Shown here piece after piece: positions 8,560 to 15,764 of a stretch of DNA of 32,000 nucleotides; the first letter of the stretch is position 1; every line of letters begins with the position of its first letter. Position numbers and translations under genes: made by a program. The stretch is taken from contig CP011211.1 of assembly GCA_001029695.1 (NCBI GenBank), positions 810,001 to 842,000 of the forward strand, in the 5' to 3' direction. This stretch comes from Candidatus Saccharimonadota bacterium (GTDB lineage Bacteria; Patescibacteriota; Saccharimonadia; Saccharimonadales; Saccharimonadaceae). A model generated the notes under the pieces. The model saw nothing but the letters and a program-made list of their open reading frames with translations, had not been told where the DNA came from and made no database searches.

Positions 8560-8635
8560 TGGCGCGCTCGACCGGATTTGAACCGGCGATCTCCTCCGTG
8601 ACAGGGAGGCGTGATAACCCCTTCACTACGAGCGC
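8560..8635 (-). tRNA. tRNA-Asp (anticodon GUC), CCA encoded
   Basis: The reverse complement folds as a cloverleaf. Acceptor GCGCTCG/CGAGCGC, anticodon arm CCTCC-CTGTCAC-GGAGG, T loop TTCAAAT, discriminator G, then CCA. Confidence 0.9.
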
Positions 8636-8720
8636 ACGTTGCTTAACAAGCTTACAGTATGATAGCAGTTTTTAACCCCTGGCGCAATACTTGTCGCTGT
8701 TTTATTTTCTGCTTAGCTAC

Positions 8721-8729
8721 TGGTATAAT
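8721..8729 (+). promoter_or_regulatory. extended -10 promoter (TGgTATAAT) for tRNA-Thr
   Basis: TGGTATAAT lies 16 nt upstream of the mature tRNA 5' end. Confidence 0.6.
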
Positions 8730-8745
8730 AAGCAAGATGGACTAT

Positions 8746-8821
8746 GCCGCTGTAGCTCAGTTGGTAGAGCGGCGCTTTCGTAAAGCGTAGGTCAGCGGTT
8801 CAAATCCGCTCAGCGGCTCCA
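8746..8821 (+). tRNA. tRNA-Thr (anticodon CGU), discriminator U, CCA encoded
   Basis: Acceptor GCCGCTG/CAGCGGC, D arm GCTC-AGTTGGTA-GAGC, anticodon arm GCGCT-TTCGTAA-AGCGT, T arm AGCGG-TTCAAAT-CCGCT. Confidence 0.9.
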
Positions 8822-8876
8822 TGTTTTGCTAATTTTACTAAAGACCATAATTTCAAAAGGTATGTAACACTCAACT

Positions 8877-9257
8877 ATGAAATCAACGCTTATGACTCTC
8901 GGCAAGAGTTTGCTCGCAGATCGACAACTCCTATCTCTTCTGCTATTTGTTGTACTATTTAGCCTTGCTTTTTGCATCTACGTCTCGCTAAACGTACATC
9001 CGACTGAGCTTCCTGTAGTGACACACTATTCAAGCTATGGTACGACGCACTTTTATCGCGACAATAAGTGGTACTACCTGCTTAGCTTTGTTGTGTTTGG
9101 CCTGATTAATGCTGTGCTGTATGTCGCTATAACGTGTAAAATATTTATTCACAAAGGTAGAGCTCTTGCTTTGCCATTTGCGTGGACTGGAGTCGTCGTT
9201 ATCGTCCTCGCTTTTGCGGTTGTATATCAGGTTCTTAAGATAGCGGCGCTTTCATAA
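8877..9257 (+). CDS. small polytopic membrane protein, unknown function
   Basis: 126 aa with 3-4 hydrophobic helices. Its stop is 3 nt before the glycosyltransferase gene start, which suggests co-translation. Confidence 0.55.
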   Translation: MKSTLMTLGKSLLADRQLLSLLLFVVLFSLAFCIYVSLNVHPTELPVVTHYSSYGTTHFYRDNKWYYLLSFVVFGLINAVLYVAITCKIFIHKGRALALPFAWTGVVVIVLAFAVVYQVLKIAALS

Positions 9258-9260
9258 GCT

Positions 9261-10934
9261 ATGACTGATATTGAAATCCCCCTTGGGAAGCGGACGAAGA
9301 AGTATCGATTTTATGAGATGCTGCCGGCGATTCTTAGCTATGGTGCGGTTATTCTTCTTATCGTTTTGTCGCTCATCGATCCATTACTCGCCGCACTCTA
9401 CCTTGTCACGGTTATTATAACGACGCTCATCAAAGCGATAGGCATAGCGGTTCATACTATCAGGGGTAGAAATCGTTTAGAGTCTGCTCAGAAGGTGAAC
9501 TGGCGCGCCCGACTTGATCAGCTAGAGGATCCCAAGGCTGTTGTTGCGAGCGCTACTAGCCTCGATAAGGCTGTCTTTGGTCAGGAAATGCACCTGGCTA
9601 ATTGTGCGAGGATTGTAGAAAGCCCTGAAAAATATCCTGCTCCATCGCAGATTTATAATGTAGTGATTATCGCGGCGTACAATGAGTCGCTTGAGGTGCT
9701 TGAACCAACGCTACAATCTGTTGCGGAGACTACTTACGACAATAGTCGTCTGATCGTTGTCCTTGCGTATGAAGAGCGCGGCGGCTCGGCTATCGAGTCA
9801 ACTGCACAGCTTTTACAGAAGAAGTATAAGGATACGTTCCACTCATTTCAAATTGTGTGTCACCCGAAAGATTTAGCTGGTGAAGTGGTAGGTAAGGGTG
9901 GAAATATTACGCATGCTGGGCGTTATATCGCATCGTGGTTAAAGAAACAACATATATCATATTCTGATGTTATAGTAACAACACTAGATAGCGACAACCG
10001 ACCTCACCGTACATATTTTGACTATGTCACTTATGAATATATTGTTCGTACGGATAGGAAGAAGCTGTCGTATCAGCCAATTTCACTCTTCTTAAACAAT
10101 ATATGGGACGCTCCTGCGCCTATGCGCGTCGTTGCGACGGGTAATTCGTTTTGGAATATTATTAGCTCAATGCGCCCGCATACACTCCGTAACTTTGCCT
10201 CACACTCTCAGCCGATGGATGCGCTTGTAGAGATGGACTTTTGGAGCACGCGAACAATCGTCGAGGACGGACATCAGTATTGGAGAAGTTACTTTCATTT
10301 CGATGGTGACTATAGTGTAACCCCAATCTACGTCCCTATTTACCAAGATGCAGTTTTGTCAGATACATATATACGAACGCTGAAGGCGCAGTTTATACAA
10401 CTTCGTCGTTGGGCGTATGGTGCGTCGGATGTACCATATGTTGCGACTCGCGTATTTACTAAAAAGCGCACCGTTCCATTTGGATCAGGTGTGGCGAGAT
10501 TCATCCGTTTGCTTGACGGACACGTAACACTTGCTTGCGTCGCTATACTCGTTACGATTGGAGGGTGGGTGCCACTTTTGATCAATAGTCAGTCCGCTAT
10601 GAGCTTGCCTGCACATCAGCTACCTGAGGTGATTAGTGTTATACAGAGGATTGCCATGATTGGTCTATTTATCACTATATTTCTTGCCTTTAAGATGCTT
10701 CCTCCGCGTCCAGCCAGGTACAAGAAGCATAGAAGCGTTTTTATGCTCCTGCAGTGGGCACTCATGCCTGTCACATCAATCGTGTATAGTGCTACGTCTG
10801 CATATACTGCGCAAACTGCGTTGTTGCTCGGTAAGTATTTTGATAAATTTGATGTTACCGAAAAGGCGACTGCCGCTTCAATCGAACGTTCTAAGAAAGC
10901 GAAGGCCGACCCGGACGACGTATCGTCGAAATAA
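9261..10934 (+). CDS. membrane-embedded family-2 glycosyltransferase (processive synthase-like)
   Basis: 557 aa. VVIIAAYNES, TTLDSDNRPH (DxD) and QLRRWAYG (Q-x-x-R-W) motifs are flanked by N- and C-terminal TM helices. Confidence 0.8.
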   Translation: MTDIEIPLGKRTKKYRFYEMLPAILSYGAVILLIVLSLIDPLLAALYLVTVIITTLIKAIGIAVHTIRGRNRLESAQKVNWRARLDQLEDPKAVVASATSLDKAVFGQEMHLANCARIVESPEKYPAPSQIYNVVIIAAYNESLEVLEPTLQSVAETTYDNSRLIVVLAYEERGGSAIESTAQLLQKKYKDTFHSFQIVCHPKDLAGEVVGKGGNITHAGRYIASWLKKQHISYSDVIVTTLDSDNRPHRTYFDYVTYEYIVRTDRKKLSYQPISLFLNNIWDAPAPMRVVATGNSFWNIISSMRPHTLRNFASHSQPMDALVEMDFWSTRTIVEDGHQYWRSYFHFDGDYSVTPIYVPIYQDAVLSDTYIRTLKAQFIQLRRWAYGASDVPYVATRVFTKKRTVPFGSGVARFIRLLDGHVTLACVAILVTIGGWVPLLINSQSAMSLPAHQLPEVISVIQRIAMIGLFITIFLAFKMLPPRPARYKKHRSVFMLLQWALMPVTSIVYSATSAYTAQTALLLGKYFDKFDVTEKATAASIERSKKAKADPDDVSSK

Positions 10935-11334
10935 GGTGATGTCGTGCGGCATACTGTACTGCAGCAAGCTCATCGAACTGTTTGAGGGTATGGTATGTCA
11001 CATCTGCGATGGTAGCTGGCGTGAGTTCACGGTCGTCGGTAGAAAGCTTATCTTCAACCGTCTGAGCTAGCCATAGGCTTTCGTAGCGAGCTACGGCCGT
11101 GTTGTGGCTAAATGCTTGAGCAATACTCAAGATAAGTCTCCCAAGGTTAAAACGATCCTTTCTGCCATCGACAGTGGTAAGGATTTTGTTCTCACTGAGG
11201 GCGGGCCGCTCATAGGTAGTGAATACTATTCCAGATTCTAGTCCTTGCCGCCGTCGCCATATGACGGGGCTATTTTTTTTGTGACGAGAGTTAACTACTT
11301 TTGTTTTTTCGTTCGGATAATTTAATGAAATCAT
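10891..11334 (-). CDS. nrdR: NrdR-like ATP-cone regulator lacking the zinc-ribbon cysteines
   Basis: 147 aa. It is colinear with NrdR (TKVVNSR...RRRQ...FTTYE, then an ATP-cone), but the four Cys positions read S, Y, G and S. An in-frame stop at 11347-11349 excludes a longer N-terminus. Confidence 0.7.
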   Translation of the reverse strand: MISLNYPNEKTKVVNSRHKKNSPVIWRRRQGLESGIVFTTYERPALSENKILTTVDGRKDRFNLGRLILSIAQAFSHNTAVARYESLWLAQTVEDKLSTDDRELTPATIADVTYHTLKQFDELAAVQYAARHHLISTIRRPGRPSLS

Positions 11335-11457
11335 ATCTATATATTGTCATACAGCTATATAAAATGCTAGTGGATAACTATCACCTAGGTGGGGAAATCT
11401 AAAACTACCCCGATGAATCAGGGCAGTTTCTATAGGCTAACGCAGAGGTATTGTGTA

Positions 11458-11592
11458 TTACTTTTTGCTAGGTCGTAGTTGGACCGAATGCTTTGCTTCG
11501 TTCCAAGTGCGATCGTACTCGAATCCGATGTGAATCTTTTCAAGTGCAGAGCGTTTTTTTGTAATGACTGTGTTTGTGTTGTTTGTAGCCAT
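11458..11592 (-). CDS. candidate leaderless small ORF (44 aa, MATNNTNTVITKKRSALEKIHIGFEYDRTWNEAKHSVQLRPSKK)
   Basis: It is below the ORF-track cutoff and I translated it by hand. The ATG lies 6 nt downstream of a consensus-like promoter. No homology is recognised. Confidence 0.3.
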   Translation of the reverse strand: MATNNTNTVITKKRSALEKIHIGFEYDRTWNEAKHSVQLRPSKK

Positions 11593-11598
11593 GTATTT

Positions 11599-11627
11599 AT
11601 ATTAGCATAAGCTATATTATTTGTCAA
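11599..11627 (-). promoter_or_regulatory. sigma70-type promoter TTGACA-17 nt-TAATAT
   Basis: On the minus strand: TTGACA (11627-11622), a 17-nt spacer, TAATAT (11604-11599), then AAATAC and the ATG. Confidence 0.6.
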
Positions 11628-11720
11628 GCTAAATAAAACATAAGAATATATCATAAGGGGTATTATCTATACGTATTAACTGGAATCATTAATGTGGAAA
11701 AGTCTCTCTGCCTGGGGAAA

Positions 11721-11747
11721 CAAAAGAAAAAGACTCCGGATGGAGTC
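11721..11747 (-). terminator. intrinsic terminator of tRNA-Val
   Basis: On the minus strand: GACTCC-atcc-GGAGTC followed by TTTTTCTTTTG. Confidence 0.75.
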
Positions 11748-11760
11748 ATAAATTCTAATA

Positions 11761-11837
11761 TGGTGGGCGATAGAGGAGTTGAACCTCTGACCTCCACAAC
11801 GTCAATGTGGCGCTCTAGCCAGCTGAGCTAATCGCCC
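11761..11837 (-). tRNA. tRNA-Val (anticodon GAC), CCA encoded
   Basis: The reverse complement is GGGCGAT-TA-GCTC...GAGC-G-CCACA-TTGACGT-TGTGG-AGGTC-AGAGG-TTCAACT-CCTCT-ATCGCCC-A-CCA. Confidence 0.9.
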
Positions 11838-11871
11838 TCAGCTGTTTTATAGTACCAGATAGGGGCTAGCG

Positions 11872-11900
11872 TTGCAATAACTGGGGTGATTATATATGAT
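11872..11900 (+). promoter_or_regulatory. thrS leader promoter (TTGCAA-17 nt-TATGAT)
   Basis: -35 TTGCAA at 11872-11877, -10 TATGAT at 11895-11900, 17-nt spacer. Confidence 0.55.
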
Positions 11901-11906
11901 AGAGAT

Positions 11907-12103
11907 AAGCAATGACGCGGAGTAACCGCCCGCAGAGCTTCGTGGGTCTGTATACGTGCGTTAACGTCGACAAATAAGGTGCCTGATACAATCAGGAAGT
12001 CCGGTGGAACCGCCCAAGTATAGAGCAATACATACGATGGGTCCGAGACATGCGATTTATGGATTTATATGTGATAAGTCTGAACATCGCATGTTTTTTA
12101 TTT
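11907..12103 (+). promoter_or_regulatory. T-box riboswitch leader (Thr) with terminator/antiterminator
   Basis: Stem III is CCUGAU-ACA-AUCAGG (11982-11996). The T-box core GGUGGAACCGCC lies within 11997-12015. In the antiterminator, GUCCGG and GCCC pair with GGGU and CCG(A)GAC around a 7-nt bulge UGGAACC. The terminator is ACAUGCGAU (12048-12056) / AUCGCAUGU (12086-12094) followed by U6AUUU. The leader sits directly upstream of thrS. Confidence 0.8.
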
Positions 12104-12121
12104 ACAAAAAAGGAGATATTT

Positions 12122-13933
12122 ATGAATAACGAACAATTACATGCCATGCGACATAGTCTCGCTCATATCACTGCTGCAGCTGTGCAGCGATTGTGGCCAG
12201 AGGCAAAGTTTGGTGTTGGGCCAGTAGTAGAAAATGGTTTTTATTATGATATTGATCTAGGTGAGAAGAAGATTTCAGAAGACAACTTTGGCAAAATCGA
12301 AAAGGCAATGCGCGGAATTATTGCTTATGGTGATAATTTTGAAAGATTTGAACTGCCAATTGACGACGCGATTGCTTGGGCAAAAGAGGGTAACCAGCCG
12401 TATAAAGAAGAACTACTTAATGATTTAAAGCGCTCTGGGACGACGGTCGCAAAAGATCTCGATGTTAATGAACTAGGGTTGGCGAGTGACGGTGATGCTG
12501 CAGTTGAGATGGTGTCATTTTATAAAAATGGTAACTTCGTAGACCTCTGTCGAGGGCCGCATGTGGCAAATACAAAAGACGTCGGGGCGTTTAAACTGCT
12601 TCGTGTCGCCGGTGCATACTGGCGAGGTAATGAGAAGAATCCGCAAATGCAGCGACTATATGGGGTAGCATTTGCCACGCAAGAGGAGCTTGATGAGTAT
12701 CTAGAGCGCCTTGAGCAAGCGAAGCTACGCGACCACCGTAAGCTCGGGAAAGAGCTCGATATCTACGCAACCTCACCACTTGTAGGGGTTGGTCTTCCGC
12801 TATTTACGCCGCGGGGTACGGTACTGCGAGACATCATGGCGCAGTATTCAAATCAATTACGCCAGGCACATGGGTTTACTAAGGTGTGGACGCCACATAT
12901 TACAAAGAAAGAGCTGTATGAGACATCAGGTCACTGGTCTAAGTTTGGTGACGAGCTTTTCTTGGTGACGAGTCAAGAAACAAGCGACGAAATGGTTCTC
13001 AAGCCGATGAACTGCCCGCATCATACGCAAATATTTGCCAGTCGGCCGCGTAGCTACAAGGATATGCCGATTCGATACCTTGAGACAACAACAGACTATC
13101 GAGATGAAAAGACTGGTGAGCTCGGAGGGCTCAACCGTGTGCGATCACTTACACAGGATGATAGCCACGTTTTTTGTCGTCAGGATCAGATTGAGGACGA
13201 GATTAATGGACTACTAGCTTCTGTGCGCGAGCTATATAAGACGATCGATATGAAGCTTCGAGTTCGTTTAAGTTATCGCGACAGTGGAGACGGCTATCTA
13301 GGTGAGATGGAGCTGTGGGAATCTGCGCAGGCACAACTGAAGGCTGCGGTTATTAAGAACCAACTTGAGTATTTCGAACAGGAGGGTGAAGCAGCGTTTT
13401 ACGGGCCAAAGATCGACTTTATGGCGACTGATGCGCTTGGGCGTGAGCATCAGCTTGCAACGGCTCAACTTGATTTTGTCCAACCACAACGATTTGGATT
13501 GTCGTATACCGACAAAGATAGCCAGGCGCAGCAACCTGTCATGATTCACTGTGCGTTACTTGGATCTATTGAGCGCTTCTTGAGCGTCTTCATTGAGCAC
13601 ACGGCTGGCTGGTTTCCACTATGGGCGGCACCTGAGCAGGTACGTATCTTAACGATTAATGACACAGTACTCGAGTACGTTGAGGAGATTAAGGCGATAC
13701 TTCGCGATACAGTGCTTATGCAGCCAGTAAAGTACAATGAACTACGCTTTACAGTAGATAGTCGCAACGAATCGCTTGGTAAGAAGATTAGAGAGGCGAC
13801 TACTTGGAAGATCCCCGTACAGCTCATCGTTGGACCGAAGGATAAAGAGTCTCGTGAGGTCAGTGTTCGTACCCAAGCTAGTGAACAGAAGGTGTCACTC
13901 GTAGAGCTTCCGGAATATCTAAGAGGTCTCTAG
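12122..13933 (+). CDS. thrS: threonine--tRNA ligase (no N-terminal TGS domain)
   Basis: I start it at ATG 12122, with AGGAG 7 nt upstream; the ORF-track start at 12050 lies inside the T-box terminator. It has the editing-domain motif HSLAHITAAAV...GFYYD, class II motifs (FRDE-like YRDEKTGELGGLNRVRSLTQDDSHVF) and an anticodon-binding C-terminus. Confidence 0.92.
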   Translation: MNNEQLHAMRHSLAHITAAAVQRLWPEAKFGVGPVVENGFYYDIDLGEKKISEDNFGKIEKAMRGIIAYGDNFERFELPIDDAIAWAKEGNQPYKEELLNDLKRSGTTVAKDLDVNELGLASDGDAAVEMVSFYKNGNFVDLCRGPHVANTKDVGAFKLLRVAGAYWRGNEKNPQMQRLYGVAFATQEELDEYLERLEQAKLRDHRKLGKELDIYATSPLVGVGLPLFTPRGTVLRDIMAQYSNQLRQAHGFTKVWTPHITKKELYETSGHWSKFGDELFLVTSQETSDEMVLKPMNCPHHTQIFASRPRSYKDMPIRYLETTTDYRDEKTGELGGLNRVRSLTQDDSHVFCRQDQIEDEINGLLASVRELYKTIDMKLRVRLSYRDSGDGYLGEMELWESAQAQLKAAVIKNQLEYFEQEGEAAFYGPKIDFMATDALGREHQLATAQLDFVQPQRFGLSYTDKDSQAQQPVMIHCALLGSIERFLSVFIEHTAGWFPLWAAPEQVRILTINDTVLEYVEEIKAILRDTVLMQPVKYNELRFTVDSRNESLGKKIREATTWKIPVQLIVGPKDKESREVSVRTQASEQKVSLVELPEYLRGL

Positions 13934-13934
13934 G

Positions 13935-14282
13935 ATGGATGAGCCTCATATACAGAAGGGGTTTCGCGAAGAAATATACAAGCTTATGCGTCTGCTTCCG
14001 AATGATAAAGTGACAACCTATGGTGACTTGGCCGCAATGGCGGGGCAGCCTCGGGCCGCTCGTATCGTGGGTGGAATTGCGCATCAAGGTCCTGATGATC
14101 TTCCATGGCATAGGCTTGTGAACAGAGAAGGAGGGCTTGCAATTGGCTTCCCTGGTGGGCAAGATGTGCAATTACAGCTATTGCAAGCAGATGACATTGG
14201 CTGTGTAGATTATAAGATAGATAATTTTGGAGAACGACGATGGCGACCGCAAGATCTCGATTTGAATCTCCGCTTATTGTAA
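13935..14282 (+). CDS. alkyltransferase-like (ATL) protein, MGMT DNA-binding domain family
   Basis: 115 aa. VTTYGDLAAMAGQPRAARIVG is followed by LPWHRLV in place of the PCHRV active site. There is no N-terminal MGMT domain. Confidence 0.75.
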   Translation: MDEPHIQKGFREEIYKLMRLLPNDKVTTYGDLAAMAGQPRAARIVGGIAHQGPDDLPWHRLVNREGGLAIGFPGGQDVQLQLLQADDIGCVDYKIDNFGERRWRPQDLDLNLRLL

Positions 14283-15124
14283 TCGTTGGTCCAACGGCAA
14301 GCGGCAAGACATCGCTTGCTATTGAACTAGCAGAGCAGTACGACGGTGAGATTATCTGTGCCGATAGTCGTACGGTGTATGTAGGTATGGATATTGGTAC
14401 GGCAAAACCAACTACGTCAGAACGAGCTCGGGTTCCACACTGGGGGCTGGATCTTGTTGAACCTGGCGAACGGTATAGCGCAGCCGACTTTAAACAGTAT
14501 GCAGTGCAAAAGATTAATGAGATTAGAGCAAGAGGTAAAGTGCCTTTTTTGGTGGGTGGTAGCGGGCTTTATATCGATGCCGTGATTCTCGATTATCAAT
14601 TTGGTTTGGCTGAAAATTCCGATAAAAGGGAATGGCTGAATGCCCAGTCGATTGAGTGGTTGACAGAATATTGTGCTAACAACAACATTACACTTCCGGA
14701 AAATAACCTGAATAAGCGCTACGTGATTCGTGCTATAGAGCAAAAAAGCATAAACGATAAGAGGCGACTCGAGCCGATTGATAATTGTATTGTTGTAGGT
14801 ATGTCTACAGATAGAGAGAGTTTACGAACTAGAATTAGCGCCAGGGCTGAACACATATTTGACGATGGTGTTGTAGAAGAAGCAATAAGATTGGGCAAAA
14901 AGTATGGCTGGAGTAGCGAGGCGATGACAGGAAATATCTACCCGTTAGTGAAGTTGTATCTGGAGAAGTCACTTACTGAACAAGAAATGAAGGAGAAATT
15001 TACAACGTTAGATTGGCGACTCGCTAAACGCCAATTGACCTGGCTACGCCGTAATCACTTTATACGCTGGCTCGACCTAACAGAGGCGAAACAGTACTTA
15101 ACCACGGTGCTCGCGCCTGAATAA
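14240..15124 (+). CDS. miaA: tRNA dimethylallyltransferase
   Basis: LIVIVGPTASGKTSLAIELA...IICADSRTVYVGMDIGTAKPT and RQLTWLRR motifs. It overlaps the upstream gene by 43 nt. Confidence 0.9.
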   Translation: MATARSRFESPLIVIVGPTASGKTSLAIELAEQYDGEIICADSRTVYVGMDIGTAKPTTSERARVPHWGLDLVEPGERYSAADFKQYAVQKINEIRARGKVPFLVGGSGLYIDAVILDYQFGLAENSDKREWLNAQSIEWLTEYCANNNITLPENNLNKRYVIRAIEQKSINDKRRLEPIDNCIVVGMSTDRESLRTRISARAEHIFDDGVVEEAIRLGKKYGWSSEAMTGNIYPLVKLYLEKSLTEQEMKEKFTTLDWRLAKRQLTWLRRNHFIRWLDLTEAKQYLTTVLAPE

Positions 15125-15167
15125 AAAACATGCTATAGTGGGATAAGAAAGTTATTCTGACAGTTTT

Positions 15168-15752
15168 ATGATTGATGCATTATTTGGTTCAAAGACGCGA
15201 GTGAAGTTACTCCACCTTTTCCTCAACAACCCAGGAAAGGCATTTTATGTACGCGAAATTACTCGACTTATTGATGAGCAGATTAACTCCGTGCGACGTG
15301 AGCTTTCAAATATGATGACTGTTGGGATAGTAACGAGCGATACAGCCGACAACAAACTTTATTATGAAGTGAATCAGCGGTATGAGCATTATGTGCCGCT
15401 TAGGGCAATATTTGCCGACCAGCAGGTCGAGGCGATCGATGTGGGTGAGAGTGCAATAAGCTGGCAAGATATGATAAGTGGACTGCCGGGTACGAGACTT
15501 GCAGTAACAGCTGGAGTGCTCGTTCGTGGCTCGACGAGTAGCGTCGATATTCTACTTGTCGGAGAGACACCAGTGCCTAAAGTTAAGAAGATGATGAAGG
15601 ATATAGAAAAAATCGAAGGTCGCGAACTGAATTATAGTATTTTAAGCTATGACGAGTTCTATTATCGATTAAGCGTTCGTGATAAATTTATAACAGAGAT
15701 ATTGAATGGTAAACATGCAGTACTGCTCGATACCGATAATATGCTGAAATAG
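15168..15752 (+). CDS. winged-helix transcriptional regulator fused to a degenerate nucleotidyltransferase-like domain
   Basis: The N-terminal KTRVKLLHLFLNNPGKAFYVREITRLIDEQINSVRRELSNM is ArsR-like wHTH. The C-terminal LVRGSTSSVDILLVG resembles the GS...D-x-D NTase motif but lacks the second acidic residue. Confidence 0.6.
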   Translation: MIDALFGSKTRVKLLHLFLNNPGKAFYVREITRLIDEQINSVRRELSNMMTVGIVTSDTADNKLYYEVNQRYEHYVPLRAIFADQQVEAIDVGESAISWQDMISGLPGTRLAVTAGVLVRGSTSSVDILLVGETPVPKVKKMMKDIEKIEGRELNYSILSYDEFYYRLSVRDKFITEILNGKHAVLLDTDNMLK

Positions 15753-15764
15753 GAGAGAAGAAAT

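Noticed and set aside
11430-11654. 74-aa minus-strand ORF
   Set aside because: It spans the TTGACA/TAATAT promoter itself and has an AT-rich, low-complexity product. The 44-codon ORF in another frame fits the promoter geometry better, though it too is only a candidate.
11828-12121. 66-aa minus-strand ORF and the 24-codon N-terminal extension of thrS (start 12050)
   Set aside because: Both lie within the T-box leader and terminator. thrS has a strong AGGAG in front of ATG 12122, and the ThrRS homology begins there.
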